This document shows positions 50,256-64,000 of a stretch of DNA of 64,000 nucleotides, in pieces (positions within the stretch are counted from its first letter, which is position 1; each line of letters opens with the position of its first letter). Below the pieces are notes generated by a model that was given only the letters and a program-made list of their open reading frames with translations, searched no databases and had not been told where the DNA came from. The position numbers and the translations under genes are program-made. The stretch covers positions 5,208,001 to 5,272,000 of the forward strand of contig JAQFVV010000011.1 in the NCBI GenBank assembly GCA_028023455.1. The letters run 5' to 3'. The stretch is from Epiperipatus broadwayi (taxonomy: Eukaryota; Animalia; Onychophora).

Positions 50256-53200
50256 TATAAAGTATTCCTATAATCCAACAAATTGTAATAAAAACTGATT
50301 TGCATTAGCTATTAAATATTTTTGTTTTATAAAAATCTAACAGTTAAGTTTTCATATGAAAAAGAAAATTAATTTTTTAAAATAATTTATAAGCTATTAA
50401 ATTTGTTTTAAGTAATTTAATTTTCATAATTTTGTTTTTAAATTGCCACTTTGGATTATAAATGTCAAAAATAATTTTGTAATATAATTAAATGGAGACA
50501 TGTAAAAAGAAAATAAGCTAGAAAAACTTTTATAAAAATTGAAGGGTTTTGAAGTTTAGCTATTTTTCTTCTATTTCAGTTATCAAAGGTATGCTATGTT
50601 AAAATACTATTTTTAAAAAGTAATTTTTTTTTAGGAAAAAAAAAGTTCTTGAATCTATTTTTGAAAATCCATTAACTAATTGTATGTCTTTTTTTTAAAA
50701 ACAATGTAAAAATGTGCGTTTTTTTTTAGACAAACATTTTAATTTGAAATTATATTTTGAAATCAATCACAAAAGGGGCTAAGACTTTAATGTCATTAAT
50801 ATATGTTTATGTACATATATAAATAAAAAAAAACAAGTTAATATAATTAATTATTAAGTAATATACAGTTATAAAAATAATATGTAATTAATATGTTTGT
50901 TAATTTAGTTTCTGAAGAGGAGTCCAAATATAGTTGAAACATTAAGAGAAAATTAATCATTGAAAACATGTTGCATTAATTTGATTTTTTCCTTCAAATT
51001 AGTGCTAGTGTGAAATTAAGAGTGCTTTTAAAAAAATCTAACATAAACTATTAGAACTCTAATGTAAAATTATTTGACATATAAGAAGCAAATTAAATAA
51101 AAATATATTTTTTAACAAGCAATAGTAATAAAAATTTAATCTAAATAAATATTACTGAAAGATGGGAAAGCTGAGTGTTAATTAAATGGAACAAAATTGA
51201 AATATTTGAGATTGTTGTTTTATATTATTGTATAAAGTAGGAATTGTAATTAATATCAGAAATCAATTACAAGGAAATTTAATATAACTGTAAAATAAGA
51301 AAATGCTTCAGTTAGAAACTAATACTGAATTTTAGATTCTCAGTAGATCTAAACTGAAGTGATAACCAATTACATTTGAGAACCATATCAATCTAACTGT
51401 AACTTCTATCTTAGATCATTATTCTCTAAAGGGAAGAGAGAGTTTCTTGTCAAACCCAAAATATTAAATTGTTGCATGAATTAGTATAATTAATAAACTA
51501 ACACTTATAAACTTAAGGTCCTAAAATTCTCAAAACTTTTCTAAAAACAGTTTTCTCAAAACTTTAGGCATTGAGTTTATAAAAAATGGAAAATAATTTT
51601 AGGAAGAAATGTATAGTATCTCCCCTGATGGTGGGTTTTTAAACTTTTTTACATTTAAGCATACCCTCATCTCAAACTCCATTATATCGCAACTCTCAAC
51701 TAGCATAACAATTCCGACTACTTGCTCTCATTAAATATGCATTTCACGTACAACCTTCATTTATCAGATGAGCTAGGGCATTAATTCTGCACTGAAATAC
51801 TTATATATTATGGAATGTACTTTTTAGAAAAAATATTTTATATATTCTTATACACGATTTTTGTTTGTCATGAGCTGTACTGATTATGATGTCCTACAGA
51901 CAATTGAATGATATATAACTCCTTGTATCATAAACAAATATTATACATACTAAGCATATTAAACAATTATATATGTTATCATATGTGAGTTTTCAACTTT
52001 AGAAAAAAGCAATTGAAAGATGCATTTCTGTTTTCTATACAGAAGTTATGTTTTGCCCTGACTTGGGTATGCATTGATTTTTAGTTTCTTAAATTATTAA
52101 AGCTGAATTCGTGGAAGTAGAAAGATAATCAGGATTTGACATGTGTTAATCATTCAAGATATGGAATTATTAAATTATTCTTTCTGAAAACTCAATTATA
52201 TAAACATCTAATATAGCTTTATTTAATACAAAAAAGGTATGACTTAGGCTTCTGATGAAGATAATCATCTGATATAGATAGTCAAACAAATTATCTGGCA
52301 AATAGTAATCAAATTGAAGTCTAATTAATGGACAAAATTTCTAGAACCTGTTAAATTTATTTATTTAGTTAGTTTATGGATTTTTTAGACAGCTTAATTA
52401 TTAATAAAATATCATAAAGAAAAACTTGTAGAGATTTAACCAGAAAACAGATTCAGTAGTGGGGTTATTAAGTCCTTCAATTCTGCCACTGTGGCCATAA
52501 ATTAAACAGTCATTAACTATGTTGTTTATACTTTTGTCCATATTTACATAATCATGACTTATGAAGCTCAATCTGTTAATGAGCTCCACTTTCATCTAGT
52601 AGGATCAAACCCAGCTGGCTTTATTGTTGAATCTGTAAAAAGTAATGTATTTGGAATTTTATAAAAATTCAATTTTTTATATAACAATTCTTTGATTGTA
52701 GATTTTTGGTCAGACTTTCAATAAAGTAATTTTGATTTGATTCAAGTCTTAGGAAGTGAAATTATATCTTGAGTTATTTGAAAGTCCGATCTGCTTAACA
52801 CGTTTTATACATTCTCTGTGAGGCAATTTCTCTTAGAATATTTAATGGAGGATTATGTGACATAACAGGAAACCACCACAAAAGAATAGACTTAAGTATG
52901 CCAGTAATATTTTTTATGCAAATATTTAATTGATTATCCATAAGATTAATGTGAGACCTATTTTTTATACAGGGGAATAGTATTCACCAATAGGATATGC
53001 TAATACTAAGGAAACTATCTGTAAAATATTTGCATCATAACCCCAAATTGTGCCATCCAACTTTCCAAGCAAGTTATTCTTAGAAAATAATTTTAATTTT
53101 ATTGTTAGATAAATGAGGAAAATAAGTTACACTTCAATCCAAGGTTGCTCTTAAATAACATGGGGTAGGATCATGTTTCAAATTATTGCAAAAGGTTATA

Positions 53201-53461
53201 TTCAGATTACAAGATGATTTTTCTGCAATTTAGATGAAAAATTGAATATATTGTCTTCATTGGATTAGGAATAAGACCTCAGTTTTTGAAAAAATATTTC
53301 CCATTTTTAATATCCTTATTGAAAAAATTATGCAGATTTTCTTCAAGAGTAATATAAACATGAATTGTAGTATTGTTTTAATTAGGTCAAAATGGTGAAG
53401 TCATTGTACTATGCACAAGATTTAATTTGCATATGTTTGTAAATTTTATAATCTAAAGTGT

Positions 53462-53691
53462 TATATTTAGGGGGTTTGAACTCAGACTTTCGCACAACCC
53501 TCAACTATCCACGCTATCCCATACTGTTGCCACACTTGATCACACACGTCTTTTCGACATGTGTGTGATCAAGGGTGTCAGCAGTATGAGATAGTGTGGA
53601 TAGACATGTGTGTGATCAAGTTAGTCAGCAGTATGAGTTAGCATGGACAGTTGAGGGTCATGTGAAGGTCTGAGTTTAAACCCTTAAATAT
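53462..53691. repeat. Head-to-head inverted copy of a family S segment with a B-box-like motif
   Basis: Left arm 53462-53550 is the reverse complement of 53556-53691, which contains an internal duplication. GAGTTCAAACCC resembles the 2485 and 2940 copies. Confidence 0.75.
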
Positions 53692-55299
53692 AAGATATTG
53701 GAGTGCAGGTATGAAAAAGCCTGTACTGTAGAAAAAATGTATATATTAAAGTTTAAAGTGTTGGGTTTATTTGTGTGTCATATAATCAGAGCACTGGGTT
53801 AATAGGTTAAATATCTTTTTTAAAATAAAATAATGGGTTATGAAATTTGGACTGTAAGGCATTTCTCTTTTTTTTAATGGCGACTTTCCATGAATTTTTT
53901 TTACATCTATATTATACAATCTCAATTATTATAAATCAGTAATTTGTGATTTCTATATAGAATAATCTATTCTATGGTAGTATCATCTTATCTTTTGACT
54001 ATATATCTAGTTGATCTGAAATTATATTCTGTGGTTATGATAGATCATTTCTTTAATATATTACTCTATCAATATTATCATTATCATCATCATTATATTT
54101 ATTATAAATTCTAATATTAAGGAAAAATTAGTGTTGCTCACATCTAATAATGTATACTTGCTTGATTGTATTATTGACATAATTTTTTTTTGTATCTTTA
54201 ACTTTACAGTATTGGTTGTTGTATTTTTTATTTTACTAATATAATTTTTTTTTAGTTGTTTAATAATAGATTAAACATATTGGAAATTTGTAATTGTAGA
54301 ACCAGAAGCTTACTGAAATGATAAATTATTTTCAGATAAGATTGATTTGATATTATTTTTTTTTATAGATTAGTGAGAATATTTTTTTGTAAGATCTTTC
54401 ATAGCTTTAACTAGAGGGGTTCATTTATCAATTCTACTTTGGATACTTCTAATACCATTTTACTAAATTCAAAAGAATGTTTAAAGTAAGATTTGGAAGA
54501 TGAAATTAAAAAACCCGTAAAGCCGTATAAACAACAAATGATTTATGTTCAAAGAAAAACTCATACGTAAGTAATATTTGTTATTTAGAAGGATAAAGTT
54601 TTGAATATATATATGTAGATCTTCAACATTTTGGAATAAATTCAAATTTTCAGGTATTAGATATTGATCTGTAAATTTATATTGGATATTGTTGGAAATT
54701 AAGTAAAAAAGGAAAAAATTAAAAACAATTATCTCATGATTTAACTTAGTTGTTTTTAAATAATTATTGGATAAGTTTTTGAGAAACATTGACTCTAAAA
54801 TGAACTATGTAATGGTTAACTATTTATATTGTACCAGTTCATATTTATTCTTAATGAAAATGTGATTGGAGGCAGAAAGAACGACAGAGTACTAAGATAA
54901 GTTAATTCTCCATGGTGTCTAAGAAGATATTTGTTTCTATAGATGAATAGATTAATTAGTTTAGGACTCTTAAGATGCAGTTTAACTATTCTCTAATAGA
55001 TGCTATATTTTATTTTGAAGTTAAAGAACTCCATTTTCCTGTTTTTTTAAAGTAATTGATCTTAATATGTATTAAGTATTAATTTCTGAGATGTATGTGG
55101 TTGATTTTCTATTTATACAACATATATGTGAGGTAGATCTTTATTTTAATGTTGGTGCCTTTTCATCACTCATAATAGCAACCATGCGTATGTGTGACAT
55201 GAAATGATTGAAGTGTCTAGATAAATATTTCTTATTTAAAATCTATATATCTGATGTAATAAATTATCTTTAAGTTCAGTGTCACATATTTTTCAGTAA

Positions 55300-56200
55300 T
55301 AATTTTAATTCAACGAAGATTAATTGGGCACTTGATATTTTTATCCAACTCTTTAACTTCCTTTCATAAAAACAGAATATTTGACAAAATTCAGTTATAT
55401 TTTCCATAGTGATAAGATTGAAACTTCTATATGAGTTTGTAGTTTAAAATATGGCAGTAGAAGATTTGTCTTCAGCTGAACCAAGTATCAAAAACAAGTT
55501 GTCATCTAATGTTAGTACCCTATATTTGCTTAATCCAACAATTGCTGTTCTTCAACTTTATCCACTACATATAAAATTATCCTTAAGTATTTATTTTGAA
55601 AGCCAACACTATTATATTTGGACAATATTCTTTTAATATAGGTGGATGTATATTGCATCAGTAATTTCCAGTAATCTCCAAATTCATAAATATTACCAAA
55701 ATCACACCTTTATTTTTGCCATAATATCCTATAAATACAATTTATCCAAACCGCTTTAAACACTTTTTAGCAAAACTCTTTATTTGTATATATACATCTA
55801 CGTTTCGACTGACCTGCAGTCAAAAAAAAAATTTTTTTTTTTTTTAGATCAAAATAAACTTGCTCTGAAGAAGACTGCAGGTCAGTCGAAACATAGATGT
55901 ATGTATATGTACAAATAAAGAGTTTTGCTAAAAAGTGTTTGCAGCAGTTTGGATAAATTGTAATCTCCAAATTGTTGGAATGACATTCTTACTCATCTGA
56001 TTAATTACAAGAAGCTGACATTATAGTTTCCTTCTCATGAAAATGCATACTTTTATCTTTATCAACATTACATTGGTAATAATGTAAGATTATTCTTACC
56101 ATTGAATACAATTGGTGTTCTCATTTAACTTACATTTTGACAGTATATAAATCAGTTTTTTAAAAAAATCTTTCATATAATCGTGGTATGTATTTGAACT
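55300..56200 (-). mobile_element. Possible very old LINE RT remnant, interrupted by the 55685-55959 insertion
   Basis: Fragments VVDKVEEQQ and LDDNLFLIL...EDK resemble the EQxGFR..RS..DNLF..EK region of RTE-type RT. Many stops. Confidence 0.3.
55685..55959. mobile_element. Head-to-head PLE-pLTR-like insertion with hammerhead core
   Basis: Arms 55736-55821 and 55873-55962. 14-bp TSD GTAATCTCCAAATT at 55671-55684 and 55960-55973. CTGAAGA-a-GACTG-caggt-CAGTC-GAAAC-(A/G)TA at 55865-55895, followed by AATAAA. Confidence 0.82.
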
Positions 56201-57650
56201 TGTTCATTAAGCTACTTCTATAAGTCAGTATGAATTTATTTTATATTTTGAACAATAATAAAATTTTTATGGGATTGAGATTTAATTTTAGTTTAAGAAA
56301 TACAATACCAAAAATTCATAACAGTATCAAATATCACTTTGTTGCTAGTTTATACTTAACTTTCATACAATAGCTTATATTATTTATTCTTTAAATAACC
56401 CTTTAAATGCTGACAGGTTTTCATGAAGTACTAATAATTACTTGAACTCAAATTATTAAACTTATTTAGGTTTGAGTTAAAATTTATGTCATAAATAAGT
56501 GATTATTAAATTTTAAATGAATTTCTTTGCACACATTTATAAAAATCTTGTAATAATCAGAAAAAAATATATTATTTATGAGAATGACAAAATGTAATTC
56601 CAAATAATTCTTGAATTTATAAAGTTTTCCTTTCGTATAATTTAATGTTTAGTCTTTTCTCTTTTTATCCAAAAACAAACTTTCTTAACAAAAAAGAAAA
56701 AACAACAACTTTACATATCATTTTACATATTTGTAAAAGAGATATAATGCATACGTTGAAATGGTATAAATATTGAATCTTTATTTAGGGACATAAAGTC
56801 ACAGTGTAATTATTAAAAATAATTAAAAAGTATATACTTTATATATAATTTAGCAGAAATACATCCCTGAACATTTTCTAATTTAGAAACAGAAGTTTTG
56901 TGGCTTTTCATGTATGGACTCACAGTTTCATAACTTTCAAGATTGTAGGAAAACAATTATATTTTGAAAGGAGCCATAATATTGATAAACATTGTGAGAA
57001 ATTGTGGCACTTATATTTCAATCAGTTGTTGAATTAAAAGCATACTAATAATGTTGCAGTTTTCTTTTCTTTCATTACTTCTAATTCAGTATTGGTATCA
57101 TTTTCAAGGTAGATATATGTGTTGGTGTTATAAAATAATAATACCTTTTAATGGGCTCTAATCTTTTCATGAAATACTAAAGAATAAAAAAAGTGACAAA
57201 AAACAAATGTGAATTCACATTAGTTTTAAACATTAATCATATTCGATTGACCTCTTATATTTCTCTTATTTTATTAATAAGATAAACAGTTATTTGAAGA
57301 ATCACTGCTACTAATGTAGTTTATGGAATCCTATTGATGAACATGTGAAATTTTGACATTTGAGTTGATTTTGAAATATTATTTCTGCATATCATACTGA
57401 GATAGACTGATAAGAATGATTAGAATTATTGGAAGGCTTTTCCCATCATAGCATTGTTTCCTTTCTCTGGGAAAGGGTAGCTAGTTGCTTAATACATTTT
57501 TTTTTTATAGATGCCTGCTTGTTAATTGTCTTTTAATTGGTGGAAATTAGTAGATATAGGCCAAGAGGAATTAAGACCTCGACCAGTTGGTTTTATGTAC
57601 TCACACATTTTTTGATCCATGTTTAGTTCAAATAGAAATTTCTTTTATTT

Positions 57651-57760
57651 ATTTATTTTTTTAAGTGTCATAGCATTGGCCAGGACGCGAACCCGCAACC
57701 CGGGCAACTGCCTGCAAGTGCAAGGCAGTCGCGCTGACCTCTCGACCACCAATGCAAGAC
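57651..57760 (-). mobile_element. tRNA-like mini-SINE with short A-rich tail
   Basis: GCATTGG...CCAATGC 7-bp acceptor-like stem, A-box TGGTCGAGAGG, B-box-like GGTTCGCGTCC. Perfect 15-bp TSD AAATTTCTTTTATTT at 57636-57650 and 57761-57775. Confidence 0.85.
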
Positions 57761-59049
57761 AAATTTCTTTTATTTTTAGGTGAATAAGGTAAAATTAGCA
57801 AGATTTAAACTTTTGCTAGCCTTTCGTATGCTGAAAAAGTAATCAAAATAGAACACAATCTTCCTTTGCTCCTTTTACTGTATCATTGCTTTCCATAGTA
57901 TTTTAAATTTATGGCCTCTTGAGGATTGTTAATTCACACATATATTGATAAAAAGTCTAACTTTCCGTTGAACATTTTACATTGTATTATATTGTATTCT
58001 TGACATTAAAAAGAAAAAAAAATATAAAGTTTAAAATACAAAAACCAATACATATACATAAATCAGAAATCTTCCTTTTTTATATATAATTAAATAAATT
58101 CACATGTATACAATTTAACCTTTTGTGTTATTAAGATTATTCCCAATGTAATTTATATATTATTATTACCATTGCTTTCTTAAAAGTCATAAATAAAGAT
58201 TAACCTTGGAAGTGTGAAAGAAACGAGAAAAAAAACAAAACAAAACAATAAAAGTAAAAAAAACTAAGAAAAAAAAAAAAAGAAATGTTTTCTACCACTA
58301 TATGCCAGGCACATTAAATAATTAACTCTATAAATAAATATCCAACCGATTAAGTTGTTTCTTATCCTTTAATAATAAATAACTTTATGAATAATAGTAA
58401 AAGAAATCTCAGCTTTCTGTCATCTTTTTTTTTTTTTTTTTACAGATATCATAATCAATTGTGATGATTGAGCCATCCAATATTGTGACCATTTATTTTG
58501 CTTAAAAATAAATATAGATATAATCTAATATCTAAAATTTTTTATTATATAATTCTATAAGGTTCGCTGATATTATCTCTATTAATTGAGTTGAATAATT
58601 TAATGCTCCATTTTATATATATAAAGCTGTATAATTGCATTTTTATTTATTTAAGAATATGTTAATACCTAGGTTGCTATCTACCCAACTACAGACTTTG
58701 AAAAGTTAAGCCTAACTTTTATAAATTTATCTGTTGTTTACTACTATTAAAACAAAAATGAGTTTTTTTTTTTTTTACTTCCCTTTTATTATTATTCAAA
58801 GTTAGATAACTAATTTCAAATGAAAATTGTGATTAGCATATAATTGTATTTTTAAAAAATAAAAATATATATTTTTACTGTAACGGTATTTATTTAAATT
58901 ATATGTAAATCATTTCTGGTACAAATCTTTTTAGATTCCTGTCAATTGTAATAATCCCCATTTTGTTAATTGCCCTAATTGGAATCACATGTTACTCTCA
59001 AGTATAGGCAATTTTAAGAGTATAAGATGCACTTCTTCATCATGACCAT

Positions 59050-61975
59050 CAATTGGTCACATTAATATTATTTTGCTTGCTGAATTCTACAATCAAGTTA
59101 ATTAAGTTTTAATCGATTTGAGGACCAAACAGTGTCATAAAAATTGGAAAAAATTAATGGCAGCAGTAAAAGAAAATACACGCCCTGAAATACACAGTTA
59201 TTAGCCACTGATTTGAATAGCAAAAGAATTGACATATGCAGGGAAAGTCTATTACCTGTGAATATTAATGCTAAAGTTATTGTTTTACCATTATATATTG
59301 AGAAGAGTAGTATATGTTTTTTACTAGGAAGGAATTGGTTTTGTCCATTGGGAATTTGTCTTAAAATAATTAAGAGAGTTTAGTTGAAAACAGAAGTCAG
59401 AAAGCTGTTTTCCCATTTATTTAAGCCAGGATTAGCTGAATTAAAAACATGATTGATGGATATTGAAGTAGTAAGGGATACTCATCCTATAGTCTGCAAA
59501 CCACATAAGGTTCTGTTTGCCTTAACACCCAAAGTTGAACAGACTATCAAAGATATGGTCAGTTCCTCTAGTTGAAGATTTGTTATGGACTACATCAGTA
59601 ATTGTAATTATGAAACAAGATGTGACTATTCATTTGTACAGAGATTATCATCTTACACTTAATAAATTCATAATAAAGGAGCGTATCCAGTGCCAAGGGT
59701 ACATAAAGTTTTAGTATTGCTTCAGAAGGCATCCTTCACAAAGATTGATTAAAGTCTGCTTCCCATAAAATACCCATTACAGATAGAATTGCTATCAGTA
59801 CCCATCTGGGATGTTATTGTTGCCTTACAGGATTATGGTTGTTCCAAACATGTTTCAAGCAAAAATGGATGGTTTATTTCATGGCATGGAAGGAGTTATT
59901 TCTTATTTTAAATATTTTAATAACTGCTCAAACAGATGGTGAACTGGAAATATGCATGTTGAACAGTTGGCTATGTGCAAAATTAAATTTCTGGATCATA
60001 TTATAAATTAGAAAAGAAAATACCCTAACCCGGAAAAAGTTAGAGCTTTTTTAAAGATTGTTCAACTATTTTGAGAATTTTCAAAGAGGGAAATCACATG
60101 TCCTTACACCATTGTATGAGCTACTGTGTAAAGGATAGTGCTTGAAATAGACTAAAGAGCATGATTTAGCTTTCCAGAAAACAAAGGACTTACCAACATC
60201 TTTGCAGTTTCTTGTAAATTATAACAGTGACCAGGAAGTGATTATTGCAATTGATGATTATAATTTTGGAGCTGTCATTTAACATCATTGTTATGGAGAA
60301 GAACACTTTATTGCGTACATCTCGAGGATTCTGACAGCTGTTGGAAAAAATTAGTCCAACTTGATAAAGAAGCCCTGGCTGTAATATTCACTGTTAAGCT
60401 GTTGGAAAAAATTAGTCCAACTTGATAAAGAAGCCCTGGCTATAATATTCACTGTTAAAAAGTTCTCATCAATATGTGCAAAAATGTAAATTCTTAATTT
60501 ACATGGATCATCATCCAAGACAACTCCTCAACATGCCAGTCAGCATTTGATTCATTGGATTAATTTGTTAGCAGCATATGATTATGCATTAATTTAAAAG
60601 CCTGGAAAAAAATAGCCAAGCTAATGCTTTATTGCAGTTGCCAGATGCTTGTGAATTCCAGAAAAATCGTATAGAAGTAAATTACATTGACATTTGGAAG
60701 CAACAAACTGTGAATAGCTTTAAGATTGAAAAGTGCTAATATTGATCCTGGGTATAAAAGCCTGAGAAATTGGATTATGTTGCAAGGCTTATATGGAATA
60801 CTTATGAAAGCCTATTTATGTGTAGTGGCTGTATTTTAATGATGATTCGAGTTCTCATACCATCACCAAGGGGAATCAAGGGTAGTGTGAATGATTGTCT
60901 TAATTTGTTCTTATGTTTAGTGGTGTAATTTGAATCAAGACATAGAACAAATGGTTAAGAACTGTTGAGTGCCAGTTTATTGCTGATTTGCCTCCAAAGA
61001 TTTGATTCGTGGGCAAAGGCAATGTCATTGTGATAATGCTTACATTTGGGCACGCAGGCATGATGAACAGATATATCTATCTAGTTGCAATTGATTATTT
61101 GAAATGAGCAGAATATAACCTTGTTAAAAATAAAAGTGCAGAGTGTTCTATTCATTCCAAAGAGATCTTGCAGCTCATGGTTTTCTGAAAACGATAGTAT
61201 CAAACAATAGGACAGGATGTACATTGCAAGAGTTCCATGGTTTTTTATCTGATAAAGGGATCAGACACATACTTATCACCCCATATCATCTGGAATAAAA
61301 TGGTTTAGCAGAAAAGGCAGTGCAACATTTGAAAGCAACACTGAATAAAATATCTCATAAAGACATATATGACGCTTTGGTTGATGCAATGTTTTATCAA
61401 CATTTTATCCCCAGTATGTCAACAATATAAACACCAACCAAACTATTGCTGCATTGCAAGTGTTGATAAAAAAGTTATGATGAATACTAATTTTGATGTT
61501 GAGAAATTTAAAATTGATGAACTAGTGTGGAGTGATGATATTTTAAAAGGGAAATGGTTTCCCAGTGTCGTAATGGTTCCTTCTAAATATATTCGAGTAG
61601 TTAATCTAAATAAGGGGAAAATTCTGAAGAAACATATGATCTTAGCAGGGTGAAACAGTAAATGCAGATAACATCCAAATTACCTTACCCAATAAATTGT
61701 GAAATTCTAATGAAGAAGAGGAGTGTGTTGTCATCTCAGAAATACAAAATAAAGAAATTTCCCAGCTAATGAAACTGATCAATCAGATCTAAAGGAATGA
61801 GTACTCAATCAGATGATTTGATTATACAACCAGATCTAGTGGATGTTGTGGGTAATCAAGATGAAGAAAGAATTTTACCTCCCACCGGCCCCACAGAGTT
61901 CAATGACAATTAACAAGATTACAAGATTATTTTTTGTAATCGAGAATAGCTTTTTTCTAGAGTGGGGGAGGTATG
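59050..61975 (+). mobile_element. Decayed Gypsy LTR-retrotransposon pol region to PPT
   Basis: GRNW motif, RT WTTSVIVIMKQDVTIHLYRDYHLTLNKF, RNase H QLDKEALAVIF (locally duplicated), integrase GIRHILITPYH...NGLAEKAVQ. PPT-like GGGGGAGG at ~61963. Confidence 0.88.
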
Positions 61976-62439
61976 GACTGACTGTGCATATATTTTTATA
62001 TTATAACAGGTCTGTTATATGGCACACAATAATATAGTGTGTGTGCACAAATATATATATAAAGTTGAAATGAAAATTAGAAATAAACACATACATAAAT
62101 TTTTATAGATATTTTCTACATTTCCTGGAATAAAAATAATAAATAAAGGATTAAATAATTCTGGATTTAAATTAAAATTTTATTATAAATAAACATTTAA
62201 AAAGATCTAATAAAAATTAATATTTTTATTCTGATTTTGAAATTAAAAAAAAACCAACAAATATGTTTTATGTTTAAAATACAATGATAATTGTAAATAT
62301 TTCTATTATTTATTCTTTTTGAAAAATCTTAATTAATTGACAAATCTCTAAGTGAAAACATGTATATGACACTTTGATAAAAAATTTCAAGCTTGTTTTC
62401 AAAAGAGATTAGAGAGATAAAAAAAGTTTTCAATCAAGG

Positions 62440-63130
62440 TGTTGTTATCACCTCAGATGCATCTGTAAAAGGGCTGATATAAATATCAACTGCATTCTGG
62501 ATTGTAGTTTTCGTAAGACCTGGCCAGAACAGTTTGGCTAGTAAAATTTTTTGAGTAAGTGGCAGCAACTGACCAAAATAGATAGCTGCAATTGTTGGCT
62601 GTAGCAGAGAGTTGGCAGAATAGCTACCGTGAGAAAATGTAGCTGAAGTCAGGACAGTAGATCCAGGAGTTGCTACTATTTTCCTTCACAGGAGTTTGAA
62701 TTCACATGGAGGGAAATGACTCACTTTGGGCTGAAATGACCCACTTTTTTGTGTTGAAATTCATAGCCTTAAATGTGGAGAGGACAATTGCTTGCCTGAA
62801 ATCTATCAAACTAAGATAGCTAGCTTACCTGAAGCCCAATCCAAGATAGCTTACTTAGCTGAAATTTATCAAATCCCAGACAGAAGGGAGATCACTGCAG
62901 ACCAGCTTAGTGGGTCTATATTTTACTGATGTATCAAAAGCCAGGTTTAGCAAGAGAGAAAGCTTGAAGAAATTGCTATACATAAGCCAACAATTATACC
63001 TGAATTACACTTTCCTGATACTGACAGTTACCTGGATTATAACTTCCTAATTATGACTTTCCTGATCTGGTCTCCATCAAGAGAAACCATCAGTTGATGA
63101 AGTAGTTAAATGTATGCTGCTGGGTCTATA
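62440..63130 (+). mobile_element. GC-richer LTR-like segment
   Basis: Composition shift downstream of the Gypsy PPT. Termini and TSD not identified. Confidence 0.3.
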
Positions 63131-64000
63131 TGCAGAGAAGCACTGATAAATGTATGTTTTTAAATAATTCATTTAAAAATAGAAATATATAGAACAATAT
63201 TGTTTCTTTAAGTCATTTAAAAATCTATATATTTTAAAAGATAACAAGTAAAGTTTGCTTGCATTGAATTAAAATCAAAAAGTGGAGAATTAATTTCTTG
63301 ACCAAGTTATTATTATCTTTTTTAAAAAAGGAAATCTAAAAACAGATTTTTATAATAATCAGTTAATGACTGATTTAATTTTTTTGAAAAAAAAAAAGGA
63401 GAGACATTTTAAAATGCGTTGATAATTAATCAATCAACTGTCAAAAATTTGATGGTACTCATTTCAAACAAAAAAGAAAAATTGTGAAAATAATCTTTAA
63501 TAATTCTATTGTGATAAATACAAATGTTATGTAGATAAATTAATATATCACACATCTGTGAAAATTATATATATATGTGTGTTTCAGTAAATGTAGTATA
63601 TAAAATGTATATCATTTAACTGATAATTTATTCATTTATTATATTTTTATATAACTTAAGATTTTGATAATTGTTTTGTAACAAGTCAAATATGTTCAGT
63701 AGAATATATATGAAAAATTTTAGTCATTTTTAAATTTTGTTAAATGTCAATTGAAATGTTTTAATTGTATATTATAAAATGCACATCTGTGTATGGTTAT
63801 AATATATGCGTTTATAGAAACCTATTAAGAAGTAATGTAATCAGTGTAATAATATGAAATTTGTATATTAATCTTATAAATCACAATGTGATAACTTTTA
63901 TTATTGTATATTATTCAAAATCAGAAGCCTGATTCTACAGACCTTAATATCATTTTTTTTGTTAAATTTGTATTCCATTATTAAAATTGTATTAAATAAT

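Noticed and set aside
52252-52283. CTGATGA-AGAT-aatc-ATCT-GATA
   Set aside because: Stem II is perfect but the 3' box is mutated and stems I and III do not form; single copy.
52590-58470. Candidate plus-strand micro-exons (52591-52632 GSNPAGFIVESVK, 57090-57108, 58445 onward)
   Set aside because: Splice signals are plausible, but I could not chain them into a consistent reading frame without transcript data.

Overview
Very AT-rich, CpG-depleted eukaryotic DNA, probably from an invertebrate (arthropod-like). There are no prokaryotic genes and no CRISPR array. Most of the window is intron or intergenic DNA filled with decayed transposons: four RTE-clade LINE copies, two Gypsy LTR-retrotransposon remnants plus a solo LTR, a hAT (SPIN/GTF2IRD2-like) transposase pseudogene, Penelope-like (PLE) GIY-YIG remnants and tRNA-derived SINEs. 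Two phase-compatible exons of an unidentified minus-strand host gene lie at 3.0-4.0 kb, and a CpG-rich, possibly bidirectional promoter lies at about 36.1-36.5 kb. The main signal is a set of non-coding repeat families with 340-480 nt monomers. They are inserted as tandem and head-to-head inverted copies bounded by 7-15 bp target-site duplications (TSDs). The commonest family (about 455-nt monomer, 6 loci, 7 ribozyme copies) carries a minimal type I hammerhead ribozyme (HHR) with a palindromic stem III. Other families show covarying or degenerate hammerhead cores. This fits several families of non-LTR retrozymes (PLE-dependent ribozyme retroelements) sitting beside remnants of their likely autonomous partners. 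All alignments, folds and coordinates were made by eye; none were computed or searched against databases.
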